Origin: Pseudomonas aeruginosa
GTDB taxonomy: Bacteria > Pseudomonadota > Gammaproteobacteria > Pseudomonadales > Pseudomonadaceae
Assembly (NCBI RefSeq): GCF_001457615.1
Contig: NZ_LN831024.1
Span: forward strand, 2,610,001 to 2,642,000
DNA: 32,000 bases
Direction of reading: 5' to 3'
Program-made: the position numbers and the translations under genes
In this document: one piece after another, positions 10,652 through 19,369 of the stretch
Layout: every line of letters begins with the position of its first letter
How positions within the stretch are numbered: position 1 is the stretch's first letter
The notes under the pieces: model-generated
The model's input: the letters and a program-made list of their open reading frames with translations, nothing else
What the model was told of the DNA's origin: nothing
Databases searched by the model: none

Positions 10652-13600
10652 AGGCGCTGAAGATCACCTTGCTGGCCATAGTCGGGCTGCTCCTCGCGCT
10701 GCTCCTGGGACTCGCTGCGCTGCTCGGCACCCAGACCGGCAGCGCCTGGCTGCTCGGCCGCGTGCCGGGCCTGCAGGTCAGCGGCTTCGAGGGTCGCCTC
10801 GGTGGCGCCTGGCAGGCACAGCGGCTGTCCTGGGCGCAGGACGGTACGCAACTGGTCGTCGAGCGGCCTGAACTGCGCTGGTCGCCGGCCTGCCTGGCGG
10901 GGCTGCGCCTGTGCCTGCAGCGGGTGGCCGCCGAACGGGTCGCGCTGGACCTGCCGCCGAGCGGCGACAGCGCCGACAGCGGGCCGATCAGCCTGCCGAC
11001 GCTGAAACTGCCGCTGAGCATCGAACTCGGCGAAGTGGCGGTCGGCAGCTTCCTGCTCGACGGCAACCAGCAGGTCGCCGAACTCAAGCTGGCGGCCCAT
11101 TGGCTGGCCGACGGCCTGCACATCGACTCGCTGACGGCGCGGGGCTTCGGCCTGGACCTGGCGCTCCAGGGGCGCTTGCAGCCGAGCGGCGACTGGCCCT
11201 TGCAGGCCGAAGCCACGCTCGGCCTGCCCGCTCCCGAAGACAAGCCGTGGAAGCTGGCCGTCCAGGTCGGCGGTGAACTGCAGAAGGCGCTGACCCTGAA
11301 AGGCCGCAGCAGCGGTTACCTGGACGGCAGCCTGGAAGGACAGTTGCAGGCGCTGGCGGAAAACCTGCCGGCACGATTGCTGATCCGCGCCGACGGTTTC
11401 AAGGGGGCGGCCGGACTACCGGACACCTTGACCCTGAATGCCATCCAGCTCGATGCCAGCGGCGATCTCAAGAGCGGTTACCTGATCCGCGGCGGCGCCA
11501 GCCTGCCGGGCGAGGGCGGGGCGGTGGCGTTGAGCCTGGACGGGCGGGTCGACGCCCAGGGCGCGGATATCCGCCAACTGCGCCTGGACGCTGGCGGCGA
11601 GCAGCGCCTGGAGCTGGTCGGACGCCTGGACTGGCGCGAAAGCCTGGCCGCCGACGCGACCCTGGACTGGAAGGATTTCCCCTGGCTGCGCCTGTATCCG
11701 CTGGCGGAGCCGCCGCCGGTGACGCTGAAGACCTTCAAGGCGGAAGTGCATTACCAGGACCAGCGCTACCTGGGCAATTTCAGCGCGGCGGCGAGCGGTC
11801 CGGCGGGCGACTTCACGCTGGCCAGCCCGGTGTCCGGCGACCTCGTCCAGCTCAACCTGCCGTCGCTGCAGCTCCGCGCCGGGCAAGGCCAGGCCGAGGG
11901 GAGGGTGACGTTGCGTTTCGACAATGGCGTGGCTTGGGATACCGCCCTGCAGCTCAGCGAACTGAACCCGGCTTACTGGGTCGCCGAGCTGCCGGGTTCA
12001 CTGGCCGGTCCCTTGCGTAGCCAGGGAAGTGTTCGCGACGAGCGGCTGGCGTTGGGCGTGGATCTCGACGTCAAGGGCCGCCTGCGCGGCCAGCCGGCGC
12101 TATTCCAGGCGCGCGCCGAAGGCGAGGGGCAGCGCTGGACGCTGGGCAACCTCGACCTGCGCCTGGGGGATAACAAGGTTCAGGGCAGCGGGGCGCTCGA
12201 CCAGCGCCTGCAAGGCCGCCTGGACATCGCCCTGAACCGTCTCGGCCAGCTTTGGCCGCAACTCTTCGGTCGCCTCGACGGACGCCTCGACCTGGCTGGC
12301 AGCCTCGCGGCGCCGCAAGGCAGGCTGAACCTCAAGGGACAGCAGATCGCCTACGCCGAGCAGCGCATCGCCGGCCTCGACCTGCAGGCGAACCTCGATG
12401 CCCGGCAGAACGGCACCCTGGCGCTGGTCGCTTCCGGCCTGCGCAGCGGCGAAACCGACCTCGGCCTGTTCAAGGCCAATGCCCGCGGCGACCAACGCCG
12501 CCAGCAACTGGAACTGGACCTGCAAGGTGCCTTGCTCAAGCTCGGCCTGGCCTTCGACGGGCAACTGGAGCGCGGCAACTGGCGCGGTCGCCTGGCGCGC
12601 GGCGAGTTGAGCAGTGGCGGCCAGGACTGGAAACTACAGCAGCCGGCGCGCCTGGAGCGGTTGGCCGACGGCAGGGTCAATTTCGGCGCACATTGCTGGG
12701 TATCCGGCGCCGCCAGCCTCTGCGGCGGCGAGCAGCGCCTGCTGCCCGAGCCGCGGCTGCGCTACACCCTGCGCGACTTCCCGCTGGACAGCCTGAAGCA
12801 ATGGTTCCCCGAGGACTTCGCCTGGCAGGGCAAGCTGAACGGCGACCTGCAACTGGACGTTCCGGCCCGCGGCCCGAGCGGCGTGGTCAGCCTGGACGCC
12901 GGCAGCGGTACGCTGCGCCTGCGCGACCAGGGCCAGTGGGTCGACGTCGGCTACGACAGCCTGCGCCTGGAGAGCCGGTTGGCGCCCAACCGCGTCGATA
13001 CCTCCCTCGACTTCCGCGGACCGAAGCTCGGCGAGTTGCGGGTGCAGGCGCAGATCGACCCGCGCCCGGCGAGCAAGCCGCTGAGCGGCGAGTTCAGCCT
13101 GGCCGGCCTCGACCTGTCGCTGGCGCGCCCGTTCGTGCCGATGGTGGAGAAACTGCAAGGCAGGCTGAACGGCAGCGGCCGGCTGTCCGGCGGCCTGCTG
13201 GCGCCGCGGGTCGACGGACGGGTGACGCTGAGCGACGGCAACATTGGCGGCGGCGAGCTGCCGACCAGCTTCGAGAACCTTTCCCTCGACGCTCGCATCG
13301 CTGGCGAAAGCCTGGAACTCGGCGGCGGCTGGCGCAGCGGCAGGTACGGCCAGGGCAGCCTGTCCGGCAACCTGAGCTGGGGCGAGGCGCTGAACGTCGC
13401 CCTGAACATCCGTGGCAACCGCCTGCCGGTGGTGGTCGATCCCTATGCGCAACTGGAGGTGGAACCGGACCTGAAGATCGGCATGGCCGGCCAGGAGCTG
13501 GCGATCTCCGGCAAGGTCCTGGTGCCGCGTGGCGACATCACCATCCGCCAGTTGCCGCCATCCACGGTCAAGGTCTCCGACGACGCGGTGATCGTCGGCT

Positions 13601-14313
13601 CCGAGCAGCCCGAGCAGCAGCCGCTGAAGATGAAGATGGACATCGATGTCGAGGTCGGCCAGGACAAGCTGGCGTTTTCCGGCTTCGGCCTCAGCGCCGA
13701 ACTGGCCGGCCACCTGCACATCGGCGACAACCTGGATACCCGCGGCGAGCTGAACCTGAACAAGGGCCGCTATCGTGCCTACGGCCAGCGCCTGACGATC
13801 CGTAGGGCGCGGCTGTTCTTCGCCGGACCGATCGACCAGCCGTACCTGGATATCGAGGCGATCCGCCGGGTCGACGACGTGGTCGCCGGCCTGCGCCTGA
13901 CCGGCAGCGCCGAGCAGCCGACCAGCGCGGTATTCTCCGAACCGGCGATGAGCCAGGAGCAGGCGTTGTCCTACCTGGTGCTGGGGCGGCCGATGAGCAC
14001 CGGCGAAGACAGCAACATGCTCGGCGAGGCGGCCCTGGCCCTGGGCCTGGCCGGTAGCGCACCGCTCACCGGGGAAATCGCCAAGCAGCTCGGCATCCAG
14101 GACTTCCAGCTGGACACCGAGGGCACCGGCAACAGCACCAGCGTGGTCGCCAGCGGGAATATCACCGACAAGCTCAGCCTGCGCTATGGTGTTGGAGTGT
14201 TCGAACCGGCAAATACCATCGCCTTGCGCTACCAGTTGACCAAACGCCTCTATCTCGAAGCGGCGAGCGGCCTGGCCAGTTCGCTGGACCTGTTCTTCAA
14301 GCGCGATTTCTGA
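10648..14313 (+). CDS. tamB: TamB, AsmA-like/DUF490 inner-membrane-anchored translocation/assembly component
   Basis: GTG start overlaps the tamA TGA (GTGA). N-terminal [44 protein letters not shown]-terminal DUF490 signature GDITIRQLPPSTVKVSDDAVIVG...LNLNKGRYRAYGQRLTIRRARLFFAGPIDQPYLDIEAIR...SYLVLGRPMS...LGIQDFQLDTEGTG...DKLSLRYGVGVFEPANTIALRYQLTKRLYLEAASG. Confidence 0.94.
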   Translation: MKALKITLLAIVGLLLALLLGLAALLGTQTGSAWLLGRVPGLQVSGFEGRLGGAWQAQRLSWAQDGTQLVVERPELRWSPACLAGLRLCLQRVAAERVALDLPPSGDSADSGPISLPTLKLPLSIELGEVAVGSFLLDGNQQVAELKLAAHWLADGLHIDSLTARGFGLDLALQGRLQPSGDWPLQAEATLGLPAPEDKPWKLAVQVGGELQKALTLKGRSSGYLDGSLEGQLQALAENLPARLLIRADGFKGAAGLPDTLTLNAIQLDASGDLKSGYLIRGGASLPGEGGAVALSLDGRVDAQGADIRQLRLDAGGEQRLELVGRLDWRESLAADATLDWKDFPWLRLYPLAEPPPVTLKTFKAEVHYQDQRYLGNFSAAASGPAGDFTLASPVSGDLVQLNLPSLQLRAGQGQAEGRVTLRFDNGVAWDTALQLSELNPAYWVAELPGSLAGPLRSQGSVRDERLALGVDLDVKGRLRGQPALFQARAEGEGQRWTLGNLDLRLGDNKVQGSGALDQRLQGRLDIALNRLGQLWPQLFGRLDGRLDLAGSLAAPQGRLNLKGQQIAYAEQRIAGLDLQANLDARQNGTLALVASGLRSGETDLGLFKANARGDQRRQQLELDLQGALLKLGLAFDGQLERGNWRGRLARGELSSGGQDWKLQQPARLERLADGRVNFGAHCWVSGAASLCGGEQRLLPEPRLRYTLRDFPLDSLKQWFPEDFAWQGKLNGDLQLDVPARGPSGVVSLDAGSGTLRLRDQGQWVDVGYDSLRLESRLAPNRVDTSLDFRGPKLGELRVQAQIDPRPASKPLSGEFSLAGLDLSLARPFVPMVEKLQGRLNGSGRLSGGLLAPRVDGRVTLSDGNIGGGELPTSFENLSLDARIAGESLELGGGWRSGRYGQGSLSGNLSWGEALNVALNIRGNRLPVVVDPYAQLEVEPDLKIGMAGQELAISGKVLVPRGDITIRQLPPSTVKVSDDAVIVGSEQPEQQPLKMKMDIDVEVGQDKLAFSGFGLSAELAGHLHIGDNLDTRGELNLNKGRYRAYGQRLTIRRARLFFAGPIDQPYLDIEAIRRVDDVVAGLRLTGSAEQPTSAVFSEPAMSQEQALSYLVLGRPMSTGEDSNMLGEAALALGLAGSAPLTGEIAKQLGIQDFQLDTEGTGNSTSVVASGNITDKLSLRYGVGVFEPANTIALRYQLTKRLYLEAASGLASSLDLFFKRDF

Positions 14314-14345
14314 CGGATGCGCTGATACGGACCATGCGTAACGCA

Positions 14346-14364
14346 TAAAAGTGTGTCACTTTTA
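14346..14364. promoter_or_regulatory. Perfect 19-bp palindrome between tamB and the lipid operon (candidate operator)
   Basis: taaaagtg-tgt-cactttta. A TAGAAT at 14382-14387 could be a sigma70 -10; the palindrome would then overlap the -35 region. Confidence 0.35.
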
Positions 14365-14447
14365 GCGGCGCATCGACGTCGTAGAATGGAGCGGGCGCCG
14401 ACCGCCAGGTCGGTGCCCGAAGCAACTCGGCACAAGGACTGGCTGAC

Positions 14448-15083
14448 ATGATTTCCGTCTATCAACTCAAACCGCGCTTTCAGAATCTTCTTCGTCCCGG
14501 CGTGCAGCGCCTCTACCGGCGCGGCATCACTGCCAACCAGGTGACCCTGGCGGCCTGCCTGCTGTCGCTGCTGGTCGGCGCGCTGGTCGCCGGTTTCGCC
14601 AGCCATCTCTGGCTGTTCGCCCTCGTTCCGCTGTGGATGTTCCTGCGCATGGCGCTGAACGCGGTGGACGGCATGCTCGCCCGCGAGTTCGGCCAGAAAT
14701 CCGACCTGGGCGCCTACCTCAACGAACTCACCGACGTGATCGCCGACAGCGGCCTGTACCTGCCGTTCGCCCTGTTGCCGGGAGTCAACCCGCTGTGGGT
14801 GGTGCTGGTGGTGCTGCTGGCGGTGATCAGCGAATATGCCGGCGCGCTGGGCACCATGGTCGGCGCTTCGCGCCGCTACGACGGCCCGATGGGCAAAAGC
14901 GACCGGGCGCTGTGTTTCGGCGTGATCGGCGCCGGGGTGGCCAGCGGCCTTTTGCCGCTGGCCTGGATCGACTGGCTGATGTTGCTGATCGCGGCCCTGC
15001 TGTTGCTGACCATCGGCAACCGCGTGCGCCAGGGCCTGGCCGAGCTGGCCGCGAGTCGACGGGGCAGCGACGGCCAGGCCTGA
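14448..15083 (+). CDS. CDP-alcohol phosphatidyltransferase family protein (YnbA-like)
   Basis: 211 aa polytopic protein with DGMLAREFGQKSDLGAYLNELTD, matching the CDP-alcohol phosphotransferase motif DG(x)2AR(x)8G(x)3D(x)3D except that the third Asp is Asn. Confidence 0.9.
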   Translation: MISVYQLKPRFQNLLRPGVQRLYRRGITANQVTLAACLLSLLVGALVAGFASHLWLFALVPLWMFLRMALNAVDGMLAREFGQKSDLGAYLNELTDVIADSGLYLPFALLPGVNPLWVVLVVLLAVISEYAGALGTMVGASRRYDGPMGKSDRALCFGVIGAGVASGLLPLAWIDWLMLLIAALLLLTIGNRVRQGLAELAASRRGSDGQA

Positions 15084-15172
15084 GAGGGAACGGGCGAACG
15101 CCATGGAGGTGGGCGCCCGCAGGAAGCAACCCCGCCGGGATCCCGGCCGGGGCAACGACATAGGGACATCAC

Positions 15173-16933
15173 ATGCGCGACGTACAGGAACTGCGTTTCA
15201 CCACCCACGACGGGGTAGAGCTCTTCTACCGCCACTGGCCGGCCAGCCGCCCGGCGCCGGACGGCACGCGCCAGGCGGTGCTGCTGTTCCACCGCGGCCA
15301 TGAGCACTCCGGGCGGATCGCCCACCTGGTCGACGAACTCGACCTGCCGGAACACGACTTCTTCGCCTGGGACGCCCGTGGCCACGGCCTCTCGCCAGGC
15401 GCCCGCGGCGACAGCCCGAGCTTTGCCACCAGCGTGCGCGACGTACAGACCTTCGTCGACCATATCCAGGCCGTCCACGGTATCGCCGAAGAGCGGATGG
15501 CGGTGGTGGCGCAGAGCGTCGGCGCGGTGCTGGTTTCCACCTGGGCCCACGACTACGCGCCGAAGGTGCGCGCACTGGTGCTGGCTTCGCCGGCGTTCCA
15601 GGTCAAGCTCTATGTGCCGTTCGCCCGCAGCGGGCTGAAACTGATGCGCCTGTGGCGCGGCAATTTCTTCGTCAACAGCTATGTCAAGGCACGCTTCCTC
15701 AGTCACGACCCGGAGCGGATCGCCTCCTACGACAGCGACCCGCTGATCGCCAAGGCGATCTCGGTGAACGTCCTGCTCGGCCTCTACGAAGCTGCCGAGC
15801 GGGTGGTAGCGGACGCACAGGCGATCCAGATTCCCACCCAACTGCTGATTTCCGGGGCCGACTTCGTCGTCCATCGTGCGCCGCAGGAGCGCTTCTTCGA
15901 GCGTCTCGGCAGCCTGCGCAAGGAAAAGCACATCCTGCCCGGCTTCTTCCACGACACCCTTGGCGAGCGCGATCGTCACCTGGCCGTCGGCCGTGCCCGG
16001 CGCTTCCTCCTCGAGGCATTCGCCACGGCACCTGAACGACCGAGCCTGCTCGATGCCGACCGCCTGGGCCATACCTGCGCCGAGGCCGAGGCGCTGGCCG
16101 CGCCGTTGCCGAAGAACTCGCCGCGCGATCTCTACTGGCGCGCCACCCGTGCCGGGCTGCGCCTGGGCAGCCTGTGGTCGGACGGGGTCAAGCTGGGCTT
16201 CGACACCGGCTTCGATTCCGGCAGCACCCTCGACTATGTCTACCGCAACCAGCCCAGCGGCAGCGGCCCGCTGGGTCGCCTGATCGACCGCAACTACCTG
16301 GACTCCATCGGCTGGCGCGGCATCCGCCAGCGCAAGCTGCACGCCGAGGAGCTGCTGCGCCTGGCCATGCAGCGGTTGCGCGAGGAGCAGCGCGAGGTGC
16401 GCATCGTCGACATCGCCGCCGGCCACGGCCGCTACATCCTCGAAGCCCTGCAAGGCGTCGAGCCGCTGCCGGAAAGCATCCTCCTGCGCGACTACAGCGA
16501 GATCAACGTGCGTGACGGCAGCGCCCTGATCGAAAGCAAGGGCCTCGCCGGCATCGCCCGCTTCGTCAAGGGCGATGCCTTCGATCGCGCCGACCTGGCG
16601 GCGCTGCAACCGAAGCCGAGCCTCGGGGTGGTTTCCGGGCTCTACGAGCTGTTCGCCGACAACCGCATGGTCGGCGACTCCCTCGCCGGCCTCGGCGAGG
16701 CGCTGGAGGAGGGCGGCTACCTGGTCTACACCGGACAGCCCTGGCACCCGCAGCTGGAACTGATCGCCCGCGCGCTGACCAGCCACCGCCAGGGCCAGGC
16801 CTGGGTGATGCGGCGCCGGACCCAGGCGGAAATGGACCAGCTGGTGGCCGCCGCCGGCTTCCGCAAGATCACCCAGCGGGTCGACCAGTGGGGCATCTTC
16901 AGCGTATCGCTGGCGCAGAAGGTCGCCCGCTGA
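15173..16933 (+). CDS. Bifunctional alpha/beta hydrolase (monoacylglycerol lipase-like) and class I SAM methyltransferase (YnbC-like)
   Basis: N-terminal HDGVELFYRHWP...LLFHRGHEHSGRIAHLVDEL...FFAWDARGHGLSPG...VVAQSVGAVLVSTWAHDYAPKVRALVLASPAF is an alpha/beta hydrolase. C-terminal EVRIVDIAAGHGRYILEAL...SILLRDYSEINVRDG is a SAM-binding methyltransferase domain. Confidence 0.88.
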   Translation: MRDVQELRFTTHDGVELFYRHWPASRPAPDGTRQAVLLFHRGHEHSGRIAHLVDELDLPEHDFFAWDARGHGLSPGARGDSPSFATSVRDVQTFVDHIQAVHGIAEERMAVVAQSVGAVLVSTWAHDYAPKVRALVLASPAFQVKLYVPFARSGLKLMRLWRGNFFVNSYVKARFLSHDPERIASYDSDPLIAKAISVNVLLGLYEAAERVVADAQAIQIPTQLLISGADFVVHRAPQERFFERLGSLRKEKHILPGFFHDTLGERDRHLAVGRARRFLLEAFATAPERPSLLDADRLGHTCAEAEALAAPLPKNSPRDLYWRATRAGLRLGSLWSDGVKLGFDTGFDSGSTLDYVYRNQPSGSGPLGRLIDRNYLDSIGWRGIRQRKLHAEELLRLAMQRLREEQREVRIVDIAAGHGRYILEALQGVEPLPESILLRDYSEINVRDGSALIESKGLAGIARFVKGDAFDRADLAALQPKPSLGVVSGLYELFADNRMVGDSLAGLGEALEEGGYLVYTGQPWHPQLELIARALTSHRQGQAWVMRRRTQAEMDQLVAAAGFRKITQRVDQWGIFSVSLAQKVAR

Positions 16934-18282
16934 TGGCGCCGCGCGAGCCGGGGGTACTGAAGCGGGCGGTGCTCTGGCTGCTGTTCCTCGGCCCGTTCTT
17001 CTTCGCCAGCTATGGCCTGGCCAACTGGTTGACCAGCCAGCGCGGCGACGTCGGCAGCCTGGTCTTCGACTGGGAACGCGGGATGCCGCTGTGGCCCTGG
17101 ACCATCCTGCCGTACTGGTCGATCGACCTGCTCTACGGCCTGTCGCTGTTGTTGCCGCGGGACAAGCGCGAGCTGGACACCCACTGCCTGCGCCTGCTCA
17201 GCACCCAGGTGCTGTCGGTGACCTGCTTCCTGCTGTTCCCCCTGCGCTTCACCTTCGAACGGCCGGAACTGGGCGGCGTGTTCGGCTGGCTGTTCGACGT
17301 GCTGATGGGGTTCGACAAACCGTACAACCAGGCACCGTCGCTGCACATCGCCCTGCTGGTAGTGCTCTGGGTCTGCTACGCGCGCTACGCCAGCGGCGCC
17401 TGGCGCTGGCTGCTGCATGGCTGGTTCGCGCTGATCGGGCTGTCGGTGCTGACCACCTGGCAGCACCATTTCATCGACGTGCCCACCGGCGCGCTGGCCG
17501 GTTGGCTGTGCGTCTGGCTGTGGCCGCAGGCGCAGCCCGCGCCGTTCGCCCGCGCCAGTCTGAGCCGCGACCGGCAACGGCGGCGGCTGGCCGCTCGCTA
17601 CGGCCTCGGCGCGCTGGCCTGCGCCGCCGTCGCCTTTGCCGTCGGCGGTGCGGCGTTGTGGCTGTGCTGGCCGGCGCTGGCGCTGGCGCTGGTGGCGCTG
17701 AACTACCTGCTGTTCGGCGCCGCCGGCTTCCAGAAGGGCAGCACTGGCCGCCTGAGCGCCGCCGCGCGCTGGCTGCTGGCGCCATATCTGCTTGCCGCGC
17801 GGATCAACGCCTGGCTCTGGACCCGTCGCCGGCCGCAGCCGGACGAGGTGCTGCCGGGCCTCTGGTTGGGGCGCCTGCCGTCGTCCGCGGAACTGGCCGA
17901 CGGCCGCTTCCGCGCATTGCTCGACGCTACCGCCGAACTTTCCTGCGAGCCGCAGGGGCTGGCCTATCGCAGCCTGCCGTTGCTCGACCTGGTCGCGCCG
18001 GACGTCGAGGACTGCCGGCGCGCCGCGGTGCTGATCGACGAACTGCTGGCGCAAGGGCCGCTGCTGGTGGCCTGTGCCCTGGGCTATTCGCGCAGCGCCA
18101 CGCTGGTCGCCGCCTGGCTGCTGCTCAGCGGCCGCGCGGCGGACGTCGAGTCGGCCGTGGCCGTGTTACGTCGGGCGCGACCGCAAGTGCTGCTGGGCGA
18201 GGCCCAGCGGCGGACCCTCGCGGCGCTGAGCGGGAGCGTGCCGGAGCCATCGGCGGAACTGGGCGAGGTGCGCCATGCCTGA
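16933..18282 (+). CDS. PAP2-type phosphatase with C-terminal dual-specificity phosphatase domain (YnbD-like)
   Basis: ATG overlaps the preceding TGA (TGATG). Multi-TM N-terminus with PSLHIALLVVLW and LTTWQHHFIDVPTGALAG (PAP2 motifs). C-terminal LLVACALGYSRSATLVAAWLL contains the CX5R active site. Confidence 0.88.
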   Translation: MAPREPGVLKRAVLWLLFLGPFFFASYGLANWLTSQRGDVGSLVFDWERGMPLWPWTILPYWSIDLLYGLSLLLPRDKRELDTHCLRLLSTQVLSVTCFLLFPLRFTFERPELGGVFGWLFDVLMGFDKPYNQAPSLHIALLVVLWVCYARYASGAWRWLLHGWFALIGLSVLTTWQHHFIDVPTGALAGWLCVWLWPQAQPAPFARASLSRDRQRRRLAARYGLGALACAAVAFAVGGAALWLCWPALALALVALNYLLFGAAGFQKGSTGRLSAAARWLLAPYLLAARINAWLWTRRRPQPDEVLPGLWLGRLPSSAELADGRFRALLDATAELSCEPQGLAYRSLPLLDLVAPDVEDCRRAAVLIDELLAQGPLLVACALGYSRSATLVAAWLLLSGRAADVESAVAVLRRARPQVLLGEAQRRTLAALSGSVPEPSAELGEVRHA

Positions 18283-18727
18283 GCAAACCCTGGCCCTGGT
18301 GGCGGCCCTGCTGCGCCGTGGCCGCGAGCTTGACCGGCTGTCCGCCGCACTGACCCTGCTGGCCATCGGGCTGGGCCTGTACCAGGCCGTGCAGGGCATC
18401 GGCTGGCGCTATTTCGCTGCGGCGATGCTGGCGATCGCCATGCTCGGCCTGTGGCAGAAGTACTGGGCGCTGCGAGTGGCCCTGGACGCCGAACTGTTCG
18501 AACGTTTCAGCCGCGTCGGCGACAGGCTGGAAGCGCAGACCCAAGACCTGGACCGGGCCCTGGCCGATCTCGGCCTGGCCCGAGCGGACGCCGCAGGGCG
18601 CACCTGGAACCAGCGCAGCCGCGGCGCCCTGCGCCTGCTACGCTGGCAGGCGCTGGCCTGTGGCGCCCAGTTCCTGCTGGCCTTGTCGTGCCTGTTGTCG
18701 ATCCCTCTATTCAACGCTCAAACCTGA
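18275..18727 (+). CDS. Hypothetical small membrane protein (150 aa) in the lipid operon
   Basis: Overlaps the preceding gene by 8 bp. Predicted hydrophobic segments ALTLLAIGLGLYQAVQGIGWRYFAAAMLAIAMLGL and ALACGAQFLLALSCLLSIPLF flank a polar, helix-like middle. Confidence 0.82.
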   Translation: MPEQTLALVAALLRRGRELDRLSAALTLLAIGLGLYQAVQGIGWRYFAAAMLAIAMLGLWQKYWALRVALDAELFERFSRVGDRLEAQTQDLDRALADLGLARADAAGRTWNQRSRGALRLLRWQALACGAQFLLALSCLLSIPLFNAQT

Positions 18728-18738
18728 AGAGTCTTCCC

Positions 18739-19368
18739 ATGCTCGAATCAGTCGTCGCCTATGGCATCATCGCCGGCGCCCGCGCCATCACCGGCTTGCG
18801 CAGCCTCTGGCTGGGCACCACGCCGATCCCCAAGCAACGCATCTATTACGCCAACCACAGCAGCCATGGCGACTTCGTCCTGCTCTGGGCCTCGCTGCCG
18901 CCGGAGGTGCGGCGGCGTACCCGGCCGGTGGCGGGCGCCGACTACTGGAACAAGGCCGGCCTGCGCAGCTACGTGATCAACAAGGTGTTCAACGGCGTGC
19001 TGGTCGACCGCCAGCGCAGCGAGGCCAATGCCAATCCGCTCGAACCCCTCGACCGCGCCCTGGACGGCGGCGATTCGCTGATCATCTTCCCCGAGGGCAC
19101 CCGCAACCTGGACGACGAGGTCAAGCTGTTGCCATTCAAGAGCGGTATCTACCACCTGTCCCTGGCCCACCCGGACGTCGAGCTGGTGCCGGTCTGGCTG
19201 GCCAACCTCAACCGGGTCATGCCCAAGGGCCGCATGCTGCCGTTGCCGCTGCTCTGCACCCTGAGCTTCGGCAAGCCGCTGGTCGCCACGGCGGAAGAAG
19301 GCAAGGAGGCGTTCCTCGAACGAGCGCGCATGGCCCTGCTGGACCTGGCGCCGGAAGAGGAGGCCTGA
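18739..19368 (+). CDS. PlsC-like 1-acylglycerol-3-phosphate acyltransferase family protein
   Basis: YYANHSSHGDFVLLW (HX4D motif) and IIFPEGTRN motif, followed by ELVPVWLANLNRVMPKG. Confidence 0.9.
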   Translation: MLESVVAYGIIAGARAITGLRSLWLGTTPIPKQRIYYANHSSHGDFVLLWASLPPEVRRRTRPVAGADYWNKAGLRSYVINKVFNGVLVDRQRSEANANPLEPLDRALDGGDSLIIFPEGTRNLDDEVKLLPFKSGIYHLSLAHPDVELVPVWLANLNRVMPKGRMLPLPLLCTLSFGKPLVATAEEGKEAFLERARMALLDLAPEEEA

Positions 19369-19369
19369 G

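Noticed and set aside
12252-13805. 517-aa plus-strand and 570-aa minus-strand ORFs inside tamB
   Set aside because: Alternative frames of tamB, rich in Arg/Pro/Ala or His/Gln. The tamB frame carries the DUF490 signature.
16726-18054. 442-aa minus-strand ORF opposite the PAP2/DSP gene
   Set aside because: A Gln/Arg/His-rich antisense translation with no domain, and the opposite frame has clear catalytic motifs.
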